In this document: piece by piece, positions 17,738-27,934 of the stretch
Layout of the letters: each line of letters opens with the position of its first letter
Numbering within the stretch: the stretch's first letter is position 1
DNA from: Parcubacteria group bacterium
Lineage (GTDB): Bacteria; Patescibacteriota; Minisyncoccia; Portnoybacterales; UBA2143
Assembly (NCBI GenBank): GCA_013203625.1
Contig: JABMPX010000007.1
Span: 1 to 41,348 of the forward strand
Length of the DNA stretch: 41,348 bases
Direction: 5' to 3'
The notes under the pieces: generated by a model
What the model was told of the DNA's origin: nothing
What the model saw: only the letters and a program-made list of their open reading frames with translations
Databases searched by the model: none
Program-made: the position numbers and the translations under genes

Positions 17738-18544
17738 ATGTTTTCGTTCACACATACGTATATTTTGATGGAAGTTTATAAAATGGATTCTAAGGATCCA
17801 AATAGTATACCTAGCGAGATTCTATTGGGGAATATTCTTCCAGATGTTATAGCTGATTTTAAATCAAGAAAAGGAATAGATTCAAGCGGTTTGCATCTGC
17901 AGATACATGATAGAATAAGAAGTTCTGAACAGATTGAATACGATTTAGAGTCAGGATTAGAACTTGGATTTGCGATCCATGTTATGTCAGATAATTATTC
18001 TAGAGTTGGTTCTTATTGGCGTTCAAATAAAAATAATGGTGTTGGTTTTTTAAAGAAGTTAGAATCTTTAGTTGAGTTAGGTGAGTTGAGCGAGAGATTA
18101 GGAGATAGGATAAATGTATTTAGAAGACGTGTTTTGCAAAGTGCGTTAGATATATTAGTTTTGCGTAATTCTTATGATGATATATTGTACTCTATATCTA
18201 AAGCTACCGGTTTTTTAGAGGCTAATAAAAAGGAAATAGTTGAAAAAATAAATTTGATGACAGGAATTTCCAAAGACGATATTAAAGACAAAATCCAGAA
18301 GTTTTTATTTAAATATAGTTCTAACATTAAATTTCAGTCCTTAGAGCCAATAAGGGCATATGCTGCAATTAGAATAATTGAGGATATGGGCGACATTAAT
18401 GGTACACAAAAGTTTTTGGATCAGGTCAAAAATCATTATGCTTTTGGAATTGTGATTGAAAATCTAAAGTTATTAAAGTTATGGAATAGTTATTTAAAAA
18501 AAACAGCCGTGAATATTTTGACTTCACCAGTTAAAGTTTATTAG
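17738..18544 (+). CDS. Hypothetical protein, possible zinc-dependent phospholipase C/P1 nuclease-like fold
   Basis: N-terminal TH, LGNILPD, a His-containing segment and GFAIHVMSD match the metal-ligand pattern. Confidence 0.55.
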   Translation: MFSFTHTYILMEVYKMDSKDPNSIPSEILLGNILPDVIADFKSRKGIDSSGLHLQIHDRIRSSEQIEYDLESGLELGFAIHVMSDNYSRVGSYWRSNKNNGVGFLKKLESLVELGELSERLGDRINVFRRRVLQSALDILVLRNSYDDILYSISKATGFLEANKKEIVEKINLMTGISKDDIKDKIQKFLFKYSSNIKFQSLEPIRAYAAIRIIEDMGDINGTQKFLDQVKNHYAFGIVIENLKLLKLWNSYLKKTAVNILTSPVKVY

Positions 18545-18753
18545 AAAGGTTTATCACTGGGAGCATGTAATGGATGCTCATTATTATCTAGAAACAAATA
18601 GGAATATCGGCAAAGTTATATTAGGAATACGTTCTTAGTTAAAGTTATTTCTTAAAACAAAGTAAAAGGGGAGTTGATAATTTCACGATTCCCCTTTTGT
18701 ATTTTTTATGTTAGAATATTAAGGAATATAATTGACTTAGGATAGTAAAATTT

Positions 18754-19656
18754 ATGTACGATTTGATTATTATTGGCGGCGGACCAGCCGCAATAAGCGC
18801 TGGTATTTACGCAGCCAGAAAAAAGATAAAAACAATTTTAATTACTGAAAGCTGGGGAGGCCAAATGGCTTTAGCTTCTTCAGTTAAAAATTATCCTGGC
18901 ATTGAATCAATTTCAGGAATGGATTTAGTCACTAAATTTACAAATCATTTAAAAAAGAATGATATTGAGATAAAAGAGGGCGTTAAAGTAAAAGAAATTA
19001 GGAATAACGATTCAATAATTGAAGTAAAGACAAATAGTAATTCCTACGAAAGTAAAGCAATTATTATAACAACTGGGAGAATTCCTAAGAAATTAGGTTT
19101 GCCTAGGGAAGAAGAATTTATTGGCAAGGGGATTAGTTATTGTGCTGTTTGCGATGCGCCTCTTTATAAGAATAAAACAGTAGCAGTTATTGGCGGGGCT
19201 AATGCTGGATTAGGCACAGCATTAAGTTTAACTGCTTATGCGTCAAAAATATATGTTTTGGAGTTTCTTCCAAAATTGAATGCAGATGAATTTCTTCAGG
19301 AAAAAATTAAAAAAAGCGCTCAAATTACTGTACTTACCAATGTTGAAATAAAAGAATTTAAGGGTGAGCAATTTATTGATGGATTGATTTATCAAGAACG
19401 AGATTCTAGACAAAGCAAAGAAATATCAGTTGAAGGAATTTTTGTTAGCATTGGTTCAACGTCTAATTCTTTTTTAGTTAAGAATATGGTAAAATTAAAT
19501 AAGCAAGGGGAAATAAAAATAGATTCTGAAAATAGAACTTCTCAGCCCAATATTTTTGCGGCTGGAGATGTAACTAATATTTCTCATAAGCAGATTGTTA
19601 TTGCTGCTGGCGAAGGAGCTAAAGCAGCTTTAAATGTCTATGAGTATTTACAATAA
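18754..19656 (+). CDS. trxB: Thioredoxin reductase / AhpF-like FAD disulfide oxidoreductase
   Basis: GGGPA, SYCAVCD, VIGGAN, FAAGD and AAGEG motifs. Confidence 0.93.
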   Translation: MYDLIIIGGGPAAISAGIYAARKKIKTILITESWGGQMALASSVKNYPGIESISGMDLVTKFTNHLKKNDIEIKEGVKVKEIRNNDSIIEVKTNSNSYESKAIIITTGRIPKKLGLPREEEFIGKGISYCAVCDAPLYKNKTVAVIGGANAGLGTALSLTAYASKIYVLEFLPKLNADEFLQEKIKKSAQITVLTNVEIKEFKGEQFIDGLIYQERDSRQSKEISVEGIFVSIGSTSNSFLVKNMVKLNKQGEIKIDSENRTSQPNIFAAGDVTNISHKQIVIAAGEGAKAALNVYEYLQ

Positions 19657-19662
19657 AAAAAT

Positions 19663-19920
19663 ATGACAGAAGAAAAAAAAGAGTTAAATATTCGCGTTTT
19701 TTCTACGTCAGCTTGTCCTTATTGTGTAACCCTTAAGGCGTTTCTAGATGAGCATGGCATTAAATATGAATACATTGATGTGTCTGAAAATCAAGAAGCA
19801 ACTGATGAAATGGTCAAAAAATCAGGCCAAAGAGGTGTGCCAGTAGTTGAAATAGATGGAGAGATTATTGTTGGCTTTGATAGAGAAAGGATTTGTGAAT
19901 TATTAAATATTAAAGAATAA
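19663..19920 (+). CDS. Glutaredoxin-like (NrdH/YruB) protein
   Basis: CPYC, GVPV, IVGFD. Confidence 0.92.
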   Translation: MTEEKKELNIRVFSTSACPYCVTLKAFLDEHGIKYEYIDVSENQEATDEMVKKSGQRGVPVVEIDGEIIVGFDRERICELLNIKE

Positions 19921-19926
19921 AAAAAT

Positions 19927-20934
19927 ATGACAAAAATAGCTATTAATGGATTTGGTCGTATTGGCCGGTCTACGTTTAGAAGAATTTTAGAAAAACATCC
20001 AGATTTAGAAATGGTAGCTATTAATGATTTGGCTGTTCCTAAAACATTAGCCCATCTTTTAAAATATGATTCAGTTTATGGCATTTATGACAAACCAGTT
20101 AAAAGCGATAAAGACGTTTTAGTGGTTGATAACAAAGAGTTCAAGTGTTTGGCTGAAAAAGATCCAAGCAGACTTCCTTGGAAAGAATTAGGCGTGGATG
20201 TGGTTCTTGAATGTACTGGATTTTTTACTGATTTTGAAGGAGCTCAAAAGCATATTCAGGCGGGAGCTAAAAAAGTTATTCTTTCAGCGCCTTCTAAAAG
20301 TCCGGAAGTTCCTCATTTTATTTTAGGAGTTAATCAAGATAAATATGATAGCGAAAAAGATAATATTGTTTCAATGGCTTCATGTACTACCAATTGCTTA
20401 GCGCCAATAGCAAGTATCATTCATAAAGAATTTGAGATAGAATCGGGTTTAATGACAACAATTCACAGCTACACTAATGACCAGAGATTGCTTGATTCTC
20501 CACATAAAGATTTGCGCCGAGCCCGTTCAGCCGCTTTGTCAATGGTTCCAACTACTACTGGAGCGGCTATTGCTGTAATTAAAACTATTCCAGAATTGAA
20601 AGGCAAGATTCACGGGTTGGCAATCAGGGTGCCCACGCCAGATGTTTCATTAGTTGATTTTGTGGTAAAAGTTAAAAAAGAAACAACAGTTGAAGAAGTT
20701 AATTCTGTTTTTAAAAAAGCATCAGCCGAAGATAATTTTAAAGGAATTTTAGACACAGAAGACGCTTTATTGGTTTCAGCTGATTATCAAGGCAATTCTT
20801 TTTCTTCAATTATTGATACTGCTTCTACAATGGTTCAGGGAAAAAATTTAATCAAAGTTTTAGCTTGGTATGACAATGAATATGGTTATGCGTGCCGTTT
20901 AGCAGATTTTGCAGAGTTTATTGGGAAAAAATAA
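19927..20934 (+). CDS. gap: Glyceraldehyde-3-phosphate dehydrogenase, type I
   Basis: INGFGRIG, ASCTTNC, WYDNE. Confidence 0.98.
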   Translation: MTKIAINGFGRIGRSTFRRILEKHPDLEMVAINDLAVPKTLAHLLKYDSVYGIYDKPVKSDKDVLVVDNKEFKCLAEKDPSRLPWKELGVDVVLECTGFFTDFEGAQKHIQAGAKKVILSAPSKSPEVPHFILGVNQDKYDSEKDNIVSMASCTTNCLAPIASIIHKEFEIESGLMTTIHSYTNDQRLLDSPHKDLRRARSAALSMVPTTTGAAIAVIKTIPELKGKIHGLAIRVPTPDVSLVDFVVKVKKETTVEEVNSVFKKASAEDNFKGILDTEDALLVSADYQGNSFSSIIDTASTMVQGKNLIKVLAWYDNEYGYACRLADFAEFIGKK

Positions 20935-20946
20935 TTTCTAATTATT

Positions 20947-21381
20947 ATGATTTACATAGCCGCTGATCACGCTGGTTTTAATTTAAAAGAGGAACTCAAG
21001 AAATATCTTGAGGAATTAGAATATGAATATGAAGATTTGGGTAATAAAGTTTTAAAATTAGAAGATGATTATCCTGATTTTGCCTTAAAACTGGCTAAAA
21101 AAGTAATTGAGACCAATGAAAAAGGAATTTTAATTTGCGCTACTGGATTTGGCATGGCTATGGCAGCTAATAAAATAAAGGGGATTAGGGCTGCTGTTTG
21201 CTGGGATGATTTTACTGCTTTGCAGTCGCGGGAGCACAATAATGCAAATGTGCTTTGTTTGGGAAGTAAAATAATAGATTTAGAAACTGCCAAAAAAATT
21301 GTCCGAACATGGCTAGAAACAGATTTTAGCAACGACGAAAGGCATGTTAGAAGATTAGAAAAGATTGAGGAGATAGAATAA
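20947..21381 (+). CDS. rpiB: Ribose-5-phosphate isomerase B
   Basis: ADHAG, DYPD, ICATG, ANK, HNNAN, RHVRR. Confidence 0.96.
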   Translation: MIYIAADHAGFNLKEELKKYLEELEYEYEDLGNKVLKLEDDYPDFALKLAKKVIETNEKGILICATGFGMAMAANKIKGIRAAVCWDDFTALQSREHNNANVLCLGSKIIDLETAKKIVRTWLETDFSNDERHVRRLEKIEEIE

Positions 21382-21498
21382 AAACAATAACTATTTTATA
21401 AAATGTTTATTATAGAAAAAGAGCCAATCATTCCAAAAAGTGAAAATAAAATAGGTTGTAGAAAATTTGTGGAGAACCGATTATAAGAATTTTTAATT

Positions 21499-22149
21499 AT
21501 GACTAAGTATACTAAAGATAGTTTTCATAGGACAAGCTGGGAAGAATACGGAAAGATAATGGAAAGGATTTTTAAGGATGTCAACGCATATATTAAGAAA
21601 AATAAGATAAAGATTGATGCGGTTGTCCCTATTTTAAGGGGTGGAGCTACTTTAGGCACTTTTCTTGCTTACAAATTAAATCTATTAAGCATTCTTCCTG
21701 TACAGTACAAATATTTTTTTATTGGCAAGAAAAAAGCTGAATTAAGACAAATATTGTTTACTCCTAAAAAAGATATGTTTGATAATGACCCTATTTTTTT
21801 ACTTGCGGAAGGAGATCAATGCTACGGCAATACTGTCATTAACGCGGCTAAAGATTTAAAAAAAGTATTTCCAAAATGCAGAATTTTGCATGTTGCTGAC
21901 TGTCTTGATTACACATATCGTAATTCAGCTAAGGATTACGTTGAAAAAATATTTTATGGGGAATATACGAATCATTGTGAAGAATTATCCAAAGAAGAAT
22001 GTAAAAAATTAGGCATTGGTAAAGACAAGATTGCTCCATGGGAAAATTATGAGGAGGAAATAACCACTTTAAAATGTAAGCAGTTTCAATATGTTGATGG
22101 GAAAGCGATTGAAAAAAGATCTGTAAAAAAACAAGAATTTGATTTTTAA
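21499..22149 (+). CDS. Phosphoribosyltransferase-fold protein with degenerate PRPP loop
   Basis: DAVVPILRGG...LAYKL, with LLAEGDQCYGNT in place of the usual VDDxxxSGxT. Confidence 0.65.
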   Translation: MTKYTKDSFHRTSWEEYGKIMERIFKDVNAYIKKNKIKIDAVVPILRGGATLGTFLAYKLNLLSILPVQYKYFFIGKKKAELRQILFTPKKDMFDNDPIFLLAEGDQCYGNTVINAAKDLKKVFPKCRILHVADCLDYTYRNSAKDYVEKIFYGEYTNHCEELSKEECKKLGIGKDKIAPWENYEEEITTLKCKQFQYVDGKAIEKRSVKKQEFDF

Positions 22150-22161
22150 AATAGATAAAAA

Positions 22162-22794
22162 ATGATTCAAATTATTCCTACTATTATAGCTAAAGATTTT
22201 GAAGAATTGCAGGAGAAAATTAGAAAAGTAGAGCCGTATGTTGATTGGATCCAATTGGACGTGATGGATAATAAGTTTGTTGATAATATAACTTGGAATC
22301 AGCCAAGCGATTTAAAAGATTTAAAAACTGATTCAAATCTAGAAGTTCATTTAATGATTCAAAATCCAGAAGATTATATTAATAATTGGATTGAATCAGG
22401 AGTCAAAAGAATTATTTTCCACTACGAATCAACAGACAAGCATAAAGAGATTATAGAGAAGATTAAACAGGCTGATTTGGGGGTTGGTATAGCCATTAAT
22501 CCTGAAACATCTATAGAAGTAATTGATAATTTTATTGAAGAGCTTGATTTGGTTTTAATAATGACAGTTCATCCTGGTTTTGGCAATCAGGATTTTTTAA
22601 AACAAACATTGGGGAAAATTAAAGAATTGCGGGGAAAAGATGAAAATGTTAATATAGAGGTTGATGGCGGAATTGATTTAGAAATCGCGCCAAAAGTTAT
22701 TCAGGCCGGAGCTAATCTTTTAGCCATCGGCAGCGCAATTTTCAAAAGCGAGAATATTAAAAAAACAATTGAAGATTTAAAAAATGGACACTAA
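22162..22794 (+). CDS. rpe: Ribulose-phosphate 3-epimerase
   Basis: DVMD, EVHLM, MTVHPGFG, EVDGGI. Confidence 0.96.
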   Translation: MIQIIPTIIAKDFEELQEKIRKVEPYVDWIQLDVMDNKFVDNITWNQPSDLKDLKTDSNLEVHLMIQNPEDYINNWIESGVKRIIFHYESTDKHKEIIEKIKQADLGVGIAINPETSIEVIDNFIEELDLVLIMTVHPGFGNQDFLKQTLGKIKELRGKDENVNIEVDGGIDLEIAPKVIQAGANLLAIGSAIFKSENIKKTIEDLKNGH

Positions 22795-23632
22795 AGAATT
22801 AGAAAAACAAGCTAATAATATTAGAAAAGATTTAGTTGAAATGTTAACAGAAGCCAAATCAGGTCATTCAGCCGGGTCTTTAGGCATGGTTGATGTTTTT
22901 ACTGCTTTATATTTCGGCGACATAGTTAAATATGATCCTAAAAAACCAGGATGGAAGGAAAGAGATAGAGTTGTTTTGTCTAATGCTCATATTTGTCCAG
23001 CCTGGTATGCAACCATGGCTAATGCTGGATATTTTCCAGTTAAAGAGTTGAAAACCTTGCGCAAACTGGGCAGTCGGTTGCAGGGGCATCCTGATCGTTT
23101 AAAATTGCCATACATTGAAACATCAGGCGGTTCTTTGGGTCAGGGATTGTCAATCGCCTGCGGCATGGCTTATAGTTTTTTCAAATTAGATTGTAAAAAG
23201 AATTGGGTCTGGTGTTTGACTAGCGATGGCGAGCACGATGAAGGACAAATGTGGGAAGCAGCTATGTTTGCTGGGAAAAATAAGCTTTTTAATTTAACTC
23301 AGATAATGGACAGGAATAATATTCAGATTGATGGCTATACAGAAGACGTTATGCCTCTGGAGCCGTTAAAAGACAAATATGAGGCATTTGGGTGGCACGT
23401 AATGGATGTTGATGGGCATAATATGGAAGAAATTATTGATGCTTGTAATAAATCAAAAGCAATTTTTGAAAAACCAAGTTTAATTATTGCTCATACTATT
23501 CCTGGCAAAGGTGTTGATTTTATTGAATGGAAATATTCTTGGCATGGCAAAGCGCCTTGTGCTGAAGAGTGCAAAAAAGCATTAGATGAGCTAAGGACTT
23601 TAGGCGGGAAAATAAAAAGCGAGAGTGAATAA
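22784..23632 (+). CDS. Transketolase, N-terminal (TPP-binding) subunit
   Basis: SGH, DRVVLS, LQGHP, GSLGQG, DGEHDEG and PGKG motifs. Confidence 0.95.
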   Translation: MDTKELEKQANNIRKDLVEMLTEAKSGHSAGSLGMVDVFTALYFGDIVKYDPKKPGWKERDRVVLSNAHICPAWYATMANAGYFPVKELKTLRKLGSRLQGHPDRLKLPYIETSGGSLGQGLSIACGMAYSFFKLDCKKNWVWCLTSDGEHDEGQMWEAAMFAGKNKLFNLTQIMDRNNIQIDGYTEDVMPLEPLKDKYEAFGWHVMDVDGHNMEEIIDACNKSKAIFEKPSLIIAHTIPGKGVDFIEWKYSWHGKAPCAEECKKALDELRTLGGKIKSESE

Positions 23633-23637
23633 ATTTT

Positions 23638-24609
23638 ATGATTTTAGCAAAAAACCTATATCAAAAAGAAAAATTAGAGCAAAAGCCAACCCGTGATGGT
23701 TATGGACTGGCTTTAGTTGAGCTAGGCAAGGAGAATAAAGACATAGTTGTTTTAGGAGCTGATTTGACTGGGTCAACGCGATGCGATTGGTTTAGAGATA
23801 AATTCCCAGATAGATTTATCCAGGTTGGGATTGCTGAACAAAATATGATGTGTATTGCTGCTGGCTTATCTTTAGTGGGGAAAATTCCTTTTGCTTCTAC
23901 TTATTCAGTTTTTTGTCCTGGCCGCAACTGGGATCAATTGCGTGTTAGCGTTGCCTATAACAAAGCCAATGTTAAGCTTACTGGAGCTCATGCTGGAGTT
24001 TCTGTTGGCGCAGATGGAGCAACGCATCAAGGATTAGAAGATATTGCTATTGCTCGCTGTTTGCCCAATATGACAGTTCTGGCGCCTTGTGATGCGATTG
24101 AGACACAGAAAGCAACTCTTGCTGCCGGGAGAATGAAAGGACCTGTTTATTTAAGATTTGCTCGGGAACCTACCCCAGTTTTTACTACAAAAAGAACGCC
24201 TTTTAGAATTGGTCAGGCAGAGGTTCTTCGCAAAGGCAAAGATGTTAGTATAATTGCTTGCGGGCCGATTGTTTATGAAGCATTGTTAGCAGCTGAAGAA
24301 TTATCTAAAGATGGAATTAGCGTTCGCGTAATTAATAATCATACAATTAAGCCAATTGATGAAGAAGAAATTATTAAAGCAGCAGAACAAACAGGAGCTA
24401 TTGTTACTGGTGAAGACCATCAAGTAATGGGCGGATTAGGAAGCGTTGTAGCAGAGGTTTTATCTAAAAATGAGCCAGTGCCTATGGAAATGGTAGGAGT
24501 TCAAAACCGCTTTGGCGAATCCGGCGAGCCAGAAGAATTAATGAAAGAATTCAAATTAACTGCTGAAGATATCAAAAAGGCGGTTATAAAAGTTATTGAG
24601 AGAAAATAA
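23638..24609 (+). CDS. Transketolase, C-terminal subunit
   Basis: ADL..ST, GIAEQNM, DGATHQ, GPVYLR, EDH. Confidence 0.95.
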   Translation: MILAKNLYQKEKLEQKPTRDGYGLALVELGKENKDIVVLGADLTGSTRCDWFRDKFPDRFIQVGIAEQNMMCIAAGLSLVGKIPFASTYSVFCPGRNWDQLRVSVAYNKANVKLTGAHAGVSVGADGATHQGLEDIAIARCLPNMTVLAPCDAIETQKATLAAGRMKGPVYLRFAREPTPVFTTKRTPFRIGQAEVLRKGKDVSIIACGPIVYEALLAAEELSKDGISVRVINNHTIKPIDEEEIIKAAEQTGAIVTGEDHQVMGGLGSVVAEVLSKNEPVPMEMVGVQNRFGESGEPEELMKEFKLTAEDIKKAVIKVIERK

Positions 24610-24610
24610 T

Positions 24611-25600
24611 ATGCAATACGATATTATTACTTTTGGTTCAGCTACCCAGGATGTTTTTATGAGTAGCCGTAAATTAGAGGTAGTTGAAGATGAAAAATTT
24701 GCCACTAAAAAAGGACTTTGTATTTCTTTAGGTTCAAAAATGCACATGGATGATGTGCTTTTTGCTATGGGCGGATGCGGCGCAAATAGCGCTGCTACTT
24801 TTGCTAAACAAGGTTTAAAAACTGCTTATTATGGCATGATTGGCAAAGACGGTTTTGGCGAAGAAGTTAAAAAAGAATTAAAAAAACATAATGTTTCTTT
24901 GGATTTAATGCAGGAATCAGATAAATTTCCAACTGCTTTTTCAGTAATTCTTTCTTTGCCTGAAGTTGGCAGAAGCATTTTAGAAAAATATGGAGCTTGT
25001 CATGAACTGACTAATAAAGATATTCCCTTTGATGAACTTAAGGCAGATTGGTTCTATATCGCTTCTTTATCAAGCAAAAGCCATGAAATGTTTGTTCCTT
25101 TAATTGATTTTGCTAAAGAAAATAATATTAAAGTAGCTTCTAATCCAGCTGGCAGTATTAAAACGCCAGAACATACAGAGATTCTTAAATCAGTGCTTAA
25201 TAAGATTGATATTTTAATACTTAATCAAGAGGAATCATCTAAATTAACTGGAATAGATTTTAATAAAGAAAAAGAAATTTTTCAGAAATTAGATGAATGG
25301 GTTGATGGTATTGTTGTGATGAATAAAGGTGCGCGCGGTGTAACAGTTTCTGATGGCAAAAATTTATACTCTGCTGGTATTCCAGAATCTGGTTTAGTTG
25401 ATAGAACTGGAGCAGGTGATTCTTTTGGCTCTGCCTTTGTATCCGGATATATTGAAAAAAATGACATTGCCTATGCAATTCAATTAGGAACAGCTAATGC
25501 CACGTCTTGTTTGCAGAAAATGGGCGCTACTAATGGCTTGCTCAAAAAAGGCGAATGGGGTCCTTGGGAAAAAGTAGAAGTTTCAAAAAAGAGATTATGA
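24611..25600 (+). CDS. PfkB-family carbohydrate kinase
   Basis: GGCGAN, NQEE and DRTGAGDSF motifs. ATG 24611 preferred. Confidence 0.92.
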   Translation: MQYDIITFGSATQDVFMSSRKLEVVEDEKFATKKGLCISLGSKMHMDDVLFAMGGCGANSAATFAKQGLKTAYYGMIGKDGFGEEVKKELKKHNVSLDLMQESDKFPTAFSVILSLPEVGRSILEKYGACHELTNKDIPFDELKADWFYIASLSSKSHEMFVPLIDFAKENNIKVASNPAGSIKTPEHTEILKSVLNKIDILILNQEESSKLTGIDFNKEKEIFQKLDEWVDGIVVMNKGARGVTVSDGKNLYSAGIPESGLVDRTGAGDSFGSAFVSGYIEKNDIAYAIQLGTANATSCLQKMGATNGLLKKGEWGPWEKVEVSKKRL

Positions 25601-26847
25601 ATCCAACTGCAAAATTAGCTAAATTATTAAGAACTTCTGAAGAGGTGATTTTGGATTTGGAAAAGAAAATGAATAGAATTACTGGGAAACAAGGCATTAT
25701 TGAAAAAATTGTTCAAGAGAATGATGAAAAAGTCAGCCACAGATTAAAGGAATTAGAATTAAGCACAGATTCTAAGGCAGAGGATGTTTATCAGGCATTA
25801 ATTAATAAAGCAAAACAAAGCGATGAACATCTTTCTCAACATTTTCATCAATTAAATTTTTCTACTGCTACTGGCTGTCAGGATTTAATTAATACAATAA
25901 AAGAATTAACAGGTAATTTATCAGGGTTTTTTCTCAAAGAAGACAAAATTAAAGAGTTATTTAGATTAAATCCACCAAAAAAGATTATGGAGAGTTTGGG
26001 CTATGATGACATTAATAAGATGCTGGAAAAAGAAAATGTTTTTGAACTTTTTTGCGCTTTGCGGTTTGTTGAAGACGGGGATTGGCTTAATAATATTTTT
26101 TTCCAATCATATGGTGATTTAAAGAAAGAAGACTTTGAAAAAAGAGAAATTAAAATCATGGTTTTGCCAGAAACATGGTCAGGAATTGGCCAGAAATTCT
26201 TAGAGAAAAAACTTCATCATATGAGCCATTTAAAAGAAGTAGGTGTTGTTTTTATCATCCCTGTTATCAAATGCTATCCTGATGAGGCGCTTTATTGCTT
26301 TTTTATGACTCTTCATTATCTTTATGAAGTTGATTGGCATTCACGCCTTTTTGAAGGATACAGTCATCAAGAAGATTTTACTCAAAAGATGACAGAGGCG
26401 TTAAAAGTTCAAGTAAGCAGTATGCCTTTGCCTAATCAAGAAAAAATGAGCTGGCGCATAATGCCTGCATATTTAGCCAAAAAAGATTGTAATGATCCTC
26501 GTTTAGCTGAACCGCATATTAGTCCAGAGGCCTGGCATTTCACTAAGGCAGCCGCTTGCATTGACAAATTCAGTCAGCAGTTTCCTGATTCAGGATTTGA
26601 TTTTTGGCAAGGATTAGACGTGGTTGGTGATTATTTTCCAGTCAATAATTCAAAAGAGGAAAATTTGGTCAGTTTTGACTTATTTGACAATGGCATTTCT
26701 CTGCTTCGACAAATTGGTTTTGAATCTAAGTATCTTTACCACCAGCAAGAAGCGCTTTGGAATAAGATTTTTATTGAATATATGGGAGAGGAAAAAATGG
26801 ATAGATTAATGATGGAGAATTTAGATCAAGGATATGTAGTATTATAA
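25597..26847 (+). CDS. Hypothetical protein within the sugar-phosphate operon
   Basis: ATG overlaps the pfkB stop (ATGA). 416 aa, with His-rich motifs LHHMSHLKE and HYLYEVDWH. Confidence 0.8.
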   Translation: MNPTAKLAKLLRTSEEVILDLEKKMNRITGKQGIIEKIVQENDEKVSHRLKELELSTDSKAEDVYQALINKAKQSDEHLSQHFHQLNFSTATGCQDLINTIKELTGNLSGFFLKEDKIKELFRLNPPKKIMESLGYDDINKMLEKENVFELFCALRFVEDGDWLNNIFFQSYGDLKKEDFEKREIKIMVLPETWSGIGQKFLEKKLHHMSHLKEVGVVFIIPVIKCYPDEALYCFFMTLHYLYEVDWHSRLFEGYSHQEDFTQKMTEALKVQVSSMPLPNQEKMSWRIMPAYLAKKDCNDPRLAEPHISPEAWHFTKAAACIDKFSQQFPDSGFDFWQGLDVVGDYFPVNNSKEENLVSFDLFDNGISLLRQIGFESKYLYHQQEALWNKIFIEYMGEEKMDRLMMENLDQGYVVL

Positions 26848-26850
26848 CCC

Positions 26851-27708
26851 ATGTTAAACGCTTTTAAACAAGCACAAGAGAATAAATATGCTATAGGCGC
26901 TTTTAATGTTTCTAATTTAGAACAGCTTAAGGCGATTATTCAGGCAATTCAAAAATTAAAAAGCCCGGTTATTATTGCCACTTCCCAAGGCGAAAGCAAG
27001 TTTATTGGCAAAAAACAAATTAGAGCGTTAGTTGATGTATATAAGAAGGAAACTGGTTTGCCTATATTCCTTCATTTAGATCATGGAAAGTCGTTAGAAG
27101 TAATTCAAGAAGCAATTGATGCTGGATATGATTCTATCCAATTTGATGGTTCAGAATTAAGCTTTGAAGAAAACATAGAAATGACAAAAAAAGTAGTTGA
27201 TTTGGCTAAAAATAAGGGGATTGAAAATATCGAAGGTGAGCTGGGCTATTTGCAAGGCAAATCATCTTTACAAGAAGCAGTGGAAATTGAAGAAGAAGAT
27301 TTAACTGACCCAAATCAGGCAGAGGAATTTATTGAAAAAACAGGTGTAACAAGCTTAGCTGTTGCTATTGGCAATATTCATGGTATTTTTAAATCAGGCC
27401 AAAATCCTCATCTTTTCTTGGATAGGTTGAAAGAAATAAACAACAAGGCAGGCGATAAAGTATTTTTAGTTCTTCATGGAGCTTCAGGCATACCAGAAGA
27501 AGACATTAAGAAAGCAGTTGAGTTAGGCATTGATAAAATTAACGTTAATACGAGACTAAGACTTGCTTATACTGAAACGCTTAAAAAGTTTTTACAGGAT
27601 AATCCAGAACAAACTACTCCTTATAAAATTATGCCCTTAGTTGTTGAAGCAGTTCAAAGAGTCGTTGAAGAAAAGATTAAATTATTTAATAGCGATAATA
27701 AATTATGA
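26851..27708 (+). CDS. fba: Class II fructose-bisphosphate aldolase
   Basis: GAFN, HLDHG, EGELG, GNIHG, VLHGASG, KINVNT. Confidence 0.95.
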   Translation: MLNAFKQAQENKYAIGAFNVSNLEQLKAIIQAIQKLKSPVIIATSQGESKFIGKKQIRALVDVYKKETGLPIFLHLDHGKSLEVIQEAIDAGYDSIQFDGSELSFEENIEMTKKVVDLAKNKGIENIEGELGYLQGKSSLQEAVEIEEEDLTDPNQAEEFIEKTGVTSLAVAIGNIHGIFKSGQNPHLFLDRLKEINNKAGDKVFLVLHGASGIPEEDIKKAVELGIDKINVNTRLRLAYTETLKKFLQDNPEQTTPYKIMPLVVEAVQRVVEEKIKLFNSDNKL

Positions 27709-27893
27709 AAATTAAAATAGATCAAGAAGGATGCATTGGTTGTGGTAGTTGTCAGGCAATTTGTCCTGATGTTTTTGAAATGAAAGGCGATGATAATAAA
27801 GTATATGTTAAAGAAAATGAAGTAGATAAAGCTGAATGTGTTCAAGAAGCAATTGATATTTGTCCAGTTCAGGTTATTAAAGTTGAGAAATAA
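27705..27893 (+). CDS. Monocluster ferredoxin
   Basis: CIGCGSCQAICP ... CPV. Confidence 0.93.
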   Translation: MKIKIDQEGCIGCGSCQAICPDVFEMKGDDNKVYVKENEVDKAECVQEAIDICPVQVIKVEK

Positions 27894-27934
27894 TCTACTT
27901 GACCCGGTAGGTTTTTTTAGTTAGAATAGTTAAT

